This document shows, one piece after another, positions 18,328-27,404 of a DNA stretch of 63,854 nt. The stretch spans positions 1-63,854 of the forward strand of contig WQXN01000003.1 of the NCBI GenBank assembly GCA_009784815.1, given 5' to 3'. The first letter of the stretch is position 1; every line of letters begins with the position of its first letter. The stretch is from Alphaproteobacteria bacterium. Its GTDB lineage: Bacteria; Pseudomonadota; Alphaproteobacteria; Rs-D84. The position numbers and the translations under genes were made by a program. The notes below the pieces were generated by a model. It ran no database searches and was not told the origin of the DNA. It worked only from the letters and a program-made list of their open reading frames with translations.

Positions 18328-20832
18328 TTACCTCAACTCGGGCACGGTAAAGGATTCGCCAAGCTCAAGGGTGCGCGTACGTCCCCCGACAAGACTGACG
18401 GTGCACCGCATAGCCTCTCCAATACGAACCTCAAACTCCTCTCGCGCGGTCAAAGCCTGGCCTTCCCGGGCATTCTTAAAGCTCTCATTTGCCAACCAAG
18501 TTCCGGCCCAAATACCTCCGGCAGCTCCAACGACCGTAGTAGTAGTCGTAATGCCCCTACCTCTATCGTTCAAATTACCGTCGGCGTTTTGCAACCTGTT
18601 GCGCTCGGCGTTCAGAAGCCCTCTCAGCTGATCAAAAGCTGCATTCGCCGTTTCAGCATTCGCCGTTTCAGCAACGGTGACACTAGCAACGCTGGCTTTG
18701 AATCCTTCAGTCAACGTGCTGTTTGCAATCATGGATTTGGCGGCATTTATTCTTCCTACAACCGATGCTGCCGTGACAGCACCACCATCGACAGCCCTTT
18801 GCGTACCCAAAGCGGTCAAAGCTGAACTTATTTCGCCAATCGCCGCGCTTTGATTATCTCTGCCTCCAGCTATGCCGGACAATGCCCGTCCTCCAAAATA
18901 TCCGGCGGTTCCGCCAACACCGGCACCTCCAACAATAGCGGCAACGTTTGTCCAAAGTCGCGCATTCTTTGTCGTATCCTTTATGCGATCTCTGGTGGTG
19001 TTTTGGAAGTTTCTCAACACCGTATTGAAAATATCCTGCCTCAGCCACTGCCCACAGATAATAGTCGTGCCGGCAGGAACATATACAGTATGCGCGTTAA
19101 GGGTGTTGCCAACCTGGCGTACAACTTCCTGATCTCCCTGCACGGCTATGCTCACGCGTGAGAAACATGTGTCCGTAATGCCGCGTGTTGCAATATTAAC
19201 CGGCTCGACTTCTTTCCACCATGGATTTTCGATGTCATCAAGCAAATCCCTAGCTCCCCACAAAGTGTTTCCTCCAACGGCCTGGCACATATTCATCTTT
19301 CGCTCGTACTCGGACTGACGCTGCGCCGTAGCATTGCGTTCCAACATCCCAAGCATATCCCTGAACACGGCATTCTTGTTGGCCTCGACCGCCACCTGAG
19401 CCTGCCTTTGAACCTCTGGATCATTTGCATCGGTATTGGTAAAATGCAAAGTTACGCCCGAAACATTTCCCCAAGCCCCCAGTATAGAGCTTCCAGCGCC
19501 TTTGGATGCACCCATTATCTGGAAATACATATCGCAGTTTTCATCCATTACTACGGGATTCCAGCAAAACGCTTTGACGGAATTTTCATTCAGCCTGACC
19601 TGCAGGCCGCGCGCGCCAGCCCCCGTGATCTGACTGCATCCGAACAAGTTTTCTCCGCATTTATCAGTTACGCAACTATCCAACACCTGCATACAAGCGA
19701 CTTCTACCCTTCTAGCCGAATTCGGATCGAACATGCCATTAAGCAAAGCTGCAATCCTGTCAAAATCCGAATTAGTCGGAGCCGGCCTTCCAACAAACAA
19801 GCAAGCTGCGCTTCCCCTGTTCATCTCGTTGCATGAAGTGCCTATGACTCTCTGAATTCCCGAACCGTCCACGCTTGTTCCTCCGGCCTTTGCATCGGTA
19901 TAGCAAACCAAAGCCGTTCCTCCGCCGCAGTTTCTTCTGATGCAACCGTCTATATCGGCATTGCACCTTGCTTCCTGGTTCGCGGTGAACTGTGACATCA
20001 TGCTTATAATGTCTATTCGGCTCATGTAATTGTCATAAGCCCATTCGGTTACCGAATCCGGATCGTTAAGCCCCGAAATTCTGCGGCATTCTCTGTTATG
20101 TCCGACCCTGTCGATACAAGCCGCGCGAACGACGCGAAGCGGCGAATGCCTTTCTTCCTGCGCCTCGCACGCCTGAATGGTCATGGTGATGTTTGCGGCC
20201 GAGGCTGTCGCCATGCACGCGTTTATGCGATCTTCATAAACGGCGGCGCGATCGCACCTGAATGGATTTTCCGAACAAACGTCTGTCGCGCAGCGCACAA
20301 AAGCTCGGGAACAAGCGGTGGCGGAATTTTGGACGGCCCAAGCGGCCCCCTGATCGATCCATCTCTTTATAAGACTTCCGTCTCCCAGCGCGGCCTCGTT
20401 GCTAAGCGCCTGCAGGTTTTGGTTTCCTGCGCCGAACAAAGCTATTCGTCCGTTGTTGTCGCACTCGCGGAATCCGTTTCTGCACGGTCCGTTGTTTGCG
20501 ATAAATTCTTCATAAGTTGTGCAAAGCTCGAACTCTTCTCCGCACGCGCTCTCGCGGAACAAACAGCGGCGCGCCTGATTGATGCACTCTGATTCGCTAA
20601 GCGAGCGCTCGCTAACAGCGGCGTCTCCCTGAACTATCGCGGCGTTGACGGCTCCCAATGCGACTCCCGGAGTGTTCCACAGCCTTGTGTTTGCGGCTCC
20701 CGCCAAAGTCCCGCGGGTTGCCATGGCAGCGTGCGGAGCAACGCTGGGCCTTCCGCTTGCGACTACGTTTGCGCCGGCTTCCGCTACTATAAGAACGGCG
20801 GCCAACACTGCAAAAATTCTAGCGAACATCAT
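18328..20832 (-). CDS. Large secreted cysteine-rich protein
   Basis: Signal peptide, repeated CxxxxxxC..C helical units, glycine-zipper hydrophobic segments near the C-terminus. Confidence 0.75.
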   Translation of the reverse strand: MMFARIFAVLAAVLIVAEAGANVVASGRPSVAPHAAMATRGTLAGAANTRLWNTPGVALGAVNAAIVQGDAAVSERSLSESECINQARRCLFRESACGEEFELCTTYEEFIANNGPCRNGFRECDNNGRIALFGAGNQNLQALSNEAALGDGSLIKRWIDQGAAWAVQNSATACSRAFVRCATDVCSENPFRCDRAAVYEDRINACMATASAANITMTIQACEAQEERHSPLRVVRAACIDRVGHNRECRRISGLNDPDSVTEWAYDNYMSRIDIISMMSQFTANQEARCNADIDGCIRRNCGGGTALVCYTDAKAGGTSVDGSGIQRVIGTSCNEMNRGSAACLFVGRPAPTNSDFDRIAALLNGMFDPNSARRVEVACMQVLDSCVTDKCGENLFGCSQITGAGARGLQVRLNENSVKAFCWNPVVMDENCDMYFQIMGASKGAGSSILGAWGNVSGVTLHFTNTDANDPEVQRQAQVAVEANKNAVFRDMLGMLERNATAQRQSEYERKMNMCQAVGGNTLWGARDLLDDIENPWWKEVEPVNIATRGITDTCFSRVSIAVQGDQEVVRQVGNTLNAHTVYVPAGTTIICGQWLRQDIFNTVLRNFQNTTRDRIKDTTKNARLWTNVAAIVGGAGVGGTAGYFGGRALSGIAGGRDNQSAAIGEISSALTALGTQRAVDGGAVTAASVVGRINAAKSMIANSTLTEGFKASVASVTVAETANAETANAAFDQLRGLLNAERNRLQNADGNLNDRGRGITTTTTVVGAAGGIWAGTWLANESFKNAREGQALTAREEFEVRIGEAMRCTVSLVGGRTRTLELGESFTVPELR

Positions 20833-20897
20833 AGAATACTCCCTCTATTACTAAACATTTTATCACATTTAGCCCAAGCCCGCAAGAGAAGAATAAG

Positions 20898-21710
20898 ATG
20901 TCCCCCTTTCTAAGAAATTACTCTTTGCTGAAAATTCCGATCCTCAGGGAGGACGGCAAACCGGCCTGGCCGGAATTATTTCCCGAAGAAGAAATCCAGC
21001 GCATAAGGGAAACGGTCGGCCCTCGTCACTTCATGGCGCAAATGATGATGGAGTTCATAGCCCCGGAACGTTCCCGCCTGGACCCGGCGGCATTGATCGA
21101 ATACGATCTGAACTTCGACGCAAGAAACTCCAAACTTGGTGAAATGCTGACCACGGGCTTTTCGGCTTACTGGGACCCAAGCTCGGCTCGCGGCAATGCT
21201 GACGGCAGCGTCTGCGCGCTTGTCCTGTTTCACGCGCCTACCAAGCGTGCCTTCATACACGACATAATGTATATGCGGGTAAGCGATCACGACCTCCACC
21301 CTATGGCGACCCAAGCGGGCCTTGTTCTGGATTTTCTGAACAAACATATGATAAGACACCTAAGCGTGGAAACTAACGGTCTTGGCAACGCGCTGCCTGA
21401 AATCCTGCGCAGCCTTGCGGCGGCAAGAAACCAACCTCTGACGATTAATAGGATTACAAGCCGCGAAAGGAAAGAAATCCGCATAATAGACGCGCTCGAA
21501 CCTCTGCTTGCTACCGGCCGCCTCTTTATCAACAAGCCCTTGCTCAACAGCGAGCTTATGGCCGAAATGCAGGACTGGACTCCGGTTGGAGCGAACGTTG
21601 ATGACGGCATAGACGCGGTCGCGGGCGCCCTAAGATCGCAACCGATAGCAACCCGCACCCGCTCGCAAATATTCCACTCCCGCACCGCGAACACGGAATT
21701 TAAGATTTAA
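20898..21710 (+). CDS. Terminase large subunit, C-terminal RNase H-like nuclease half
   Basis: G.PAWPELF, FMAQMM, WDPS, DGSV, VETNGLG, KEIRIIDALEP, DDGIDAVAGAL. Confidence 0.85.
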   Translation: MSPFLRNYSLLKIPILREDGKPAWPELFPEEEIQRIRETVGPRHFMAQMMMEFIAPERSRLDPAALIEYDLNFDARNSKLGEMLTTGFSAYWDPSSARGNADGSVCALVLFHAPTKRAFIHDIMYMRVSDHDLHPMATQAGLVLDFLNKHMIRHLSVETNGLGNALPEILRSLAAARNQPLTINRITSRERKEIRIIDALEPLLATGRLFINKPLLNSELMAEMQDWTPVGANVDDGIDAVAGALRSQPIATRTRSQIFHSRTANTEFKI

Positions 21711-21726
21711 TCCTTAACTCCCCCGC

Positions 21727-21763
21727 TGTCATCCCGTACTGCGACACGGGATCTCCTTATCCT
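21727..21763 (+). repeat. TGTC-tagged REP
   Basis: TGTCATCCCGT-ACTGCGAC-ACGGGATCTCCTTATCCT. Confidence 0.75.
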
Positions 21764-21810
21764 AGCAAACAAACATTGCCCACATAATTTTTATATGCTA
21801 TAATACTTCC

Positions 21811-22278
21811 ATGAAAACAGAATACGGCAGATCATTACTGGAAATGGTTGGCGTCCTTGCAATCTCTGGAATACTCGCGGCGGCGGCGTTCCGCACATTC
21901 CAAGTGATACAAACGCGCCAGCACCGCGCGATCGCCGAAGACCAACTGCGCGAACTTGCTAACAACGCGAAAATCCTGTTCTCGGGCCGCCAAAGTTTTT
22001 CGGGGATTTCGACTAACTACCTGATAAAAGCGGGCGCGATCAAACATGATCGTTTTAGATTAGGAGGGCCGTTCACAGCAATGGCGCTTCCCAATACCCG
22101 CGACGGGATAAGATCGTTCGAAATCACGGTGCCGGACCTCAGCAATTCCGACTGCCTATATTTTGCGACGAAAAGATTCGACTTTGTGCACAGCGTAAAA
22201 GTCAACGGGTTCGAGCAAACCCCAACTTCCTACTGCCAACCCGGCACCACCAACGAACTAACCTTTATAATTAGATAA
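21811..22278 (+). CDS. Type IV pilin-like protein
   Basis: Class III signal G|RSLLE plus hydrophobic helix; C-terminal Cys pair; TTGCCC-N17-TATAAT-N6-ATG. Confidence 0.8.
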   Translation: MKTEYGRSLLEMVGVLAISGILAAAAFRTFQVIQTRQHRAIAEDQLRELANNAKILFSGRQSFSGISTNYLIKAGAIKHDRFRLGGPFTAMALPNTRDGIRSFEITVPDLSNSDCLYFATKRFDFVHSVKVNGFEQTPTSYCQPGTTNELTFIIR

Positions 22279-22336
22279 AATAAACAACTTGCAAAATCGC
22301 ATTTTAAGTATAAAATACACGAAACGGTGAGCTTCC

Positions 22337-23386
22337 ATGGTAAAAATAATTTCAATGTTCAATCACAAAGGCGGCGTCAGCAAAACTACGACCTGCTTTA
22401 ATCTTGGTTGGTCTTTGGCCCAAAAAGGATACAGAACGCTATTAGTTGATGCTGATCCACAAAGCAACTTAACATCGTTATCTCTGTCATTACCCGATGA
22501 AGATTCATTCGAGCGTCTTTACGAGAACAAAAATTCAAACGATATATTTTCCCTGGCAACAAGTGTTATGGCCAATAAAGTCGTTGAAGGCCCGAACTCT
22601 ACAATAATACCAACTGCTCAAGCTAACTTATTTTTACTACCCGGAAACTTGCAAATAGAAGGTTTTTCGAATCAAATTACTGTTGCCCTAAAGATGGCAG
22701 GCGGGATATTTCCAGAAACAAGGAACTACCCAGGGCTGTTATCGTTTGCCTTTAAGCGACTAGCCGACATACATAATCTTGATTTTATAATAATAGACAT
22801 GGCTCCTAGCCTCAGTGGATTAAATGAAGTTCTGCTTATGGGCTCTGATTTTTTCATTGCTCCTTGTAGTCCGGACTTCTTTTCAGAAATAGCAATTAAA
22901 AATTTAGCCAAGATAATCCCCGAATGGCATGCGGAAATTAAAGGATTTGCGTCAAATTATCCTCTTTCTAATACGCCAAAATTTTTGGGAATAATCCAAC
23001 AAAAATACCGGCCTCGCAGAAAAAAAGACTCCGACGATAGAAATCGTCCAGCAGAATCATTTCAAAAATGGATCGATCGCATAAGAAAATCTACTAATTC
23101 TATTTTAGTTCCTCAGCTATCTACTTTAGGATTAGCTATATCTCCCGAAAAATTTAGAGAAGTCATTGCCGACAATGAAGCCTACGACATTGCATATATT
23201 TCTGACTTCAACTCTTTGGTAGCCGTATCCCAGATGGAGAACAAACCCGTATTTGAGTTAACGGAAGAAGATATAAAATCCATGTCAAATCGTTTTGGAA
23301 AATCAATGGAATCAGCATTAAATGACGTGCAAAAGTTTAAAGACACTTTTTCAAAACTTGCTGATAATATCTTAGCGCTTACGTAA
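22337..23386 (+). CDS. ParA/Soj-family ATPase, orphan and AT-rich
   Basis: NHKGGVSKTT, VDADPQSNLT, IIDMAPSL, PCSPDFFS. Confidence 0.88.
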   Translation: MVKIISMFNHKGGVSKTTTCFNLGWSLAQKGYRTLLVDADPQSNLTSLSLSLPDEDSFERLYENKNSNDIFSLATSVMANKVVEGPNSTIIPTAQANLFLLPGNLQIEGFSNQITVALKMAGGIFPETRNYPGLLSFAFKRLADIHNLDFIIIDMAPSLSGLNEVLLMGSDFFIAPCSPDFFSEIAIKNLAKIIPEWHAEIKGFASNYPLSNTPKFLGIIQQKYRPRRKKDSDDRNRPAESFQKWIDRIRKSTNSILVPQLSTLGLAISPEKFREVIADNEAYDIAYISDFNSLVAVSQMENKPVFELTEEDIKSMSNRFGKSMESALNDVQKFKDTFSKLADNILALT

Positions 23387-23460
23387 AGTTTTTATTCACA
23401 TTCCATAAAAACCATCGCCGCTTTCGCGGCGATTTTCATTTTCAACCAAAAGGATAAATA

Positions 23461-24816
23461 ATGAACACACTAGACCTTTATAAAAAGGCCATATCCGAGC
23501 GCGCCGAATGGAGCGCCCGCTGGACCAACTGCAAAAAATATACGCTTCCCGAAAGCGAATCCGACCAAGCCCAACTGTTTGACTCAACGGCAAGCGACGC
23601 GGCGGAATTACTGGCGGGCGCGATGTTCGGCATGATCACTCCGCCGGAAAGCGAATGGCTGAACCTGACGAACGACAATCCCGAATGCATGGCGGAACAG
23701 CAAGCGCAAAGCCTGCTGCGCCAGCATCTGAACAACTCGAACTTTTACACGACCGCGCACCAATGCTATCTGGATTTGGTGGTGCTTGGAACCGCCTGCC
23801 TGCTCTTCTCGGAAAACCCGATCGGCAGCGCAAGCGCATTCAACTTCCAAGCCCTGCCGATGAAGGATATAGCGATACTCCGCGACGCGTCCGACAACGT
23901 AAGCTCGGTGTTCTACACGACGTCTATGACGGCGCAAAGCCTGACGCAAAAATATCCGACATTCACCCTGCCCTCGGCGATTAAATCGAATCCGGAAACG
24001 CAAATACGAATAATCCAAAGCGTCGTGAATACGAACGGAAAATGGATTATGACATCGTGGGCGGACCTTGAAGGCAAATTTGAAAACAACACGCTCGAAA
24101 CGGGCGAGTTCAAAACAAATCCGTTCATAATATTCAGATGGTCTGCTGCCACGGGCGAGACCTACGGACGAAGCCCGATAATGCGGGCCTTACCCGACAT
24201 CAGAACCGCGAACAAAGTTGTGGAACTGATCTTAAAAAACGCAAGCATCGCGGCGGCGGGAATCTGGCAGGCGGATGACGACGGAGTGATCAACCTCTCG
24301 AACATAAATCTGACTCCCGGCGCGATAATCCCGAAAGCCGTCGGCTCTCAGGGCCTGACGCCGCTCCGTAGCGGAGCGGATTTCGACGTCTCGCAACTGG
24401 TGCTAAGCGACCTACGTGCGCGCATCAGGACGGCGCTTCTTACCGACAAATTATCGGCTATGACCGACAAGGTCATGACGGCGACGGAAGTGATCGCAAG
24501 GAACATGGATATGCTTCGGGTGCTTGGCGCGACCTACGGAAGAATGCTGTTCGAAATGATGACGCCATTAGTTGACCGCGGATTATATATCCTCTCGCGC
24601 CGCGGCCTGATTTCGGATGTAAAACTGGGCGGTGAAACGAAACTAAGATGCACTTCTCCGATTTCGAAAATATCGAACTCGGAACACGCGGCCCAAGTCA
24701 TGACCTGGATGGCGGAAGCTACCGCCGCGGGCATGGGCCACAAGATTAATTCTGACGCGGCCTTTAACTACATTGCCGACACTCTCCACATACCGAAACA
24801 ACTGATCGAGGCGTAA
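23461..24816 (+). CDS. Portal (head-tail connector), T7 gp8/Bbp21-like
   Basis: FDSTASDA, ITPPESEW, YLDLVVLGTA, RW...GETYGRSP, ADDDGVIN, MTATEV. Confidence 0.9.
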   Translation: MNTLDLYKKAISERAEWSARWTNCKKYTLPESESDQAQLFDSTASDAAELLAGAMFGMITPPESEWLNLTNDNPECMAEQQAQSLLRQHLNNSNFYTTAHQCYLDLVVLGTACLLFSENPIGSASAFNFQALPMKDIAILRDASDNVSSVFYTTSMTAQSLTQKYPTFTLPSAIKSNPETQIRIIQSVVNTNGKWIMTSWADLEGKFENNTLETGEFKTNPFIIFRWSAATGETYGRSPIMRALPDIRTANKVVELILKNASIAAAGIWQADDDGVINLSNINLTPGAIIPKAVGSQGLTPLRSGADFDVSQLVLSDLRARIRTALLTDKLSAMTDKVMTATEVIARNMDMLRVLGATYGRMLFEMMTPLVDRGLYILSRRGLISDVKLGGETKLRCTSPISKISNSEHAAQVMTWMAEATAAGMGHKINSDAAFNYIADTLHIPKQLIEA

Positions 24817-25014
24817 ATGGAGAAAAACTTCGCTCAATGCTTTTCGACAAATACCGGAGCGCAGGTGCTAAAACACCTGCGCTCTATAACGATCGAAAGA
24901 TACCTGGGACCGAACGCGACCGAGGCCCAGCTCCGAAGCCTCGAAGCCCAGCGCGCTCTGGTGCATCAAATCCTAAACCTTGTCGAAAGGGGGAAAAATG
25001 CAAACAAGCCCTAA
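24817..25014 (+). CDS. Bbp19-like phage protein
   Basis: F.T..G.QVLKHLR...LEAQRALVHQI pattern directly after the portal gene. Confidence 0.7.
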   Translation: MEKNFAQCFSTNTGAQVLKHLRSITIERYLGPNATEAQLRSLEAQRALVHQILNLVERGKNANKP

Positions 25015-25444
25015 TGGCCTAACCCTCATAAAAAAACACGAAGGCCTCCGCCTGACCCGCTACAAATGCCCGGCTAACTTATGGACGATCGGCTACGGCC
25101 ACCTGATCCAGCCGGGCGAAATTTTCGACGAACCGTTGGCAAAGGCCGCGGCCTCGGCCCTCCTGAAAAAAGACGTACGCATAGCGGAAGACGCTATAAA
25201 ACGAAACGTCATTGTGCCGCTGAATCAAAATCAGTTCGACGCGCTTGTGTCGTTGATATTTAATATCGGCGCAACCGCATTCCGTAATTCTACAGCGCTA
25301 AGATACGTGAACAATCCCGACTTCAAAAGCGGAACTTACCCGACGATGGAACAAGCGTGGAAAGCCTGGAACCGCGGAGGCGGCAGAATCCTGCCGGGCC
25401 TGGTCGCCCGCCGCTCCGACGAATGGAATCTTTATAATTCCTAG
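24998..25444 (+). CDS. Phage lysozyme (GH24)
   Basis: IKKHEGLRL.RY.CPANLWTIGYGH, LNQNQFDALVSLIFNIG, GLVARRSDE. Confidence 0.92.
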   Translation: MQTSPNGLTLIKKHEGLRLTRYKCPANLWTIGYGHLIQPGEIFDEPLAKAAASALLKKDVRIAEDAIKRNVIVPLNQNQFDALVSLIFNIGATAFRNSTALRYVNNPDFKSGTYPTMEQAWKAWNRGGGRILPGLVARRSDEWNLYNS

Positions 25445-27300
25445 AAATGCTGCGTGAACACGGCGCTCACTCCGGTCCCGAATCTATCCAACTGATAATA
25501 ATACCCGACATCGATCCGCGCATCTATCTGCTGATCGCGATTTAAAAACCAAGTGAACCTATCCATAACGCCAACTGAACCATAGCGTCTCGTCGCGACA
25601 TTCGCAAATATTTCTACATTGTTTTTCGCTCGCGGCATAAAAGCCTGCGCCAACCCGATCTTCGCTCCGACGGCCTGATACTTGGTGTTCAAATCCAAAG
25701 TGGAAAATACATACTTCAAATCGTTCCCGTTTCCAAAGGCATAGCTTTTACCGAATCCCCCGGACACACCGAAAGCATACCCGTCGCGCTCCCAAGTCTT
25801 GACGTTCTTGAAAGACCATACGCGCGCGTCTGCCTCCCACGACCATCCGTCGAATACGGCTACGACCGGGTTCATGGACACCAAACTGGCGGCGGTAAAG
25901 TTTTCTAAATTGATCCCGTCGGTGCCGAATGACAATTCCAAAACTCCGGCCCGTATCTCGGACCATTTGTTCATGCCGAAATCATCGTCCATGAATTTGT
26001 GATAAGCGGGGGCGAATCCGGCTACGGCGCGTCCGCCGAAGTTATCTGCGGAAATCCCGCCCCATGCGGACATGACCTTGTGCGTGTAAAAAGCGGCCTC
26101 AAGCTCGGCGTTATCGTCGAACAAATCGCGCGCGCGCATCTGGCGGCGAATATGCAGCAACTCGAAACTTTTTTCGCGCATCGCTTCTTCGGAAATCTTT
26201 CCATGCGCCAATTTATACTGGTTTACGTCGAACAATATCTCGACCACCCGCGCCTTGGACCTGTTGTCGGGTAATTTTTCCAAGTCGTCCGCGCCGGACC
26301 AGTTTTTAACGACCGCCTTTTCGTCATCACTTAACTGCCTCCACCTGTGAACGATTCTGCTCTGCATTGACAATCGCAAGTTTCCGCTTTCGACCAAAGG
26401 ATAAATCGCCCTCATCGCGTCGGTCGGAAACACTGCGAATTTATAATTTTCTTGAATTACCTCGGGCGCTGCTACCCGTATAAGATCGATCATTGCGCTG
26501 GAACAGTTCACGTTAAGGAAGTAATAGTCGGCGTACACATAAGCGATCTCCCACAAATGCTTCTTAAGGAATTCGACGCGGTCCGGCGTCAACCCAAGCC
26601 GGAATTCCTGCAGGTTTCGGTTGTCGATGACTCCGTATATTTTTATCTTTTCGAAATAAGGTTCGAAAGTCCACAATCCCGGATACCCTCCGGTGAACCC
26701 CTGAACCGCAAAAGCCAGTCCTGCGTCCTGCTCGGGAGATATGGCGGCAAAGTTAACGGTCTGCGATCCAAGAACATTATCCTCGTGATCTATGCGGATG
26801 AATGTATGACCGAACATACTGGACGGATTGTTTAGTGTGTTTGAAGCGAAGATTACGGAAATGGAATCTCCGATCATGCGTGATCTCCAGCGTTCGAAAT
26901 CATGGCAGTTCATGCGCGGAAATTCCACGCCAAGCTTGTCCTCTAAAAACTCGCGCCTGGCGGGGTAAGCGCAAACCGGATGCTGTTTAAGAAAGAAAGA
27001 CTTAAACCCGTTTTTGAATTCGCGCTCTATTCGCTGCGTTGCGGAATACGGCTTGAAAAATCCTCGGATCGTGGCTTCCATCTCGGCGCCCGGATCAAAT
27101 CGTCCGTTCTCGGACAGCCAGAACATACGATCTGTTATGACGGACTTATCTCCGTTGAAATGCAGCAAAGCGCGCCAAGCTGGGCTGCTTGCAATATCCA
27201 TTTCCTTTGCCTGCGCGACCAATCTGTCCGCCCGAACGTTTGCCTGCGCCGCCACCGGCAAAACAATCAACATAAAAATAGCTAAAATAATCTTTTTCAT
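25441..27300 (-). CDS. DUF4105 (Lnb N-terminal-like) domain protein with beta-rich C-terminus
   Basis: WRALLHF, C.YPAR, SSMFGHTFIR, YYFLNVNCS; ends in F. Confidence 0.8.
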   Translation of the reverse strand: MKKIILAIFMLIVLPVAAQANVRADRLVAQAKEMDIASSPAWRALLHFNGDKSVITDRMFWLSENGRFDPGAEMEATIRGFFKPYSATQRIEREFKNGFKSFFLKQHPVCAYPARREFLEDKLGVEFPRMNCHDFERWRSRMIGDSISVIFASNTLNNPSSMFGHTFIRIDHEDNVLGSQTVNFAAISPEQDAGLAFAVQGFTGGYPGLWTFEPYFEKIKIYGVIDNRNLQEFRLGLTPDRVEFLKKHLWEIAYVYADYYFLNVNCSSAMIDLIRVAAPEVIQENYKFAVFPTDAMRAIYPLVESGNLRLSMQSRIVHRWRQLSDDEKAVVKNWSGADDLEKLPDNRSKARVVEILFDVNQYKLAHGKISEEAMREKSFELLHIRRQMRARDLFDDNAELEAAFYTHKVMSAWGGISADNFGGRAVAGFAPAYHKFMDDDFGMNKWSEIRAGVLELSFGTDGINLENFTAASLVSMNPVVAVFDGWSWEADARVWSFKNVKTWERDGYAFGVSGGFGKSYAFGNGNDLKYVFSTLDLNTKYQAVGAKIGLAQAFMPRAKNNVEIFANVATRRYGSVGVMDRFTWFLNRDQQIDARIDVGYYYQLDRFGTGVSAVFTQHF

Positions 27301-27404
27301 TCTCCGATTATAAACCTGCCTTTCGATTTCGACAAGTATAAAAAATGTCGCGCCTTTCGGCGCGACACAACACTTTTTCCATTTACCTTTTTATTTATGC
27401 TCTC

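Noticed and set aside
5972-25444. Intact prophage integrated at tRNA-Arg(UCU) or tRNA-Tyr
   Set aside because: No integrase and no duplicated tRNA 3' end was seen, and essential host genes lie between the blocks.
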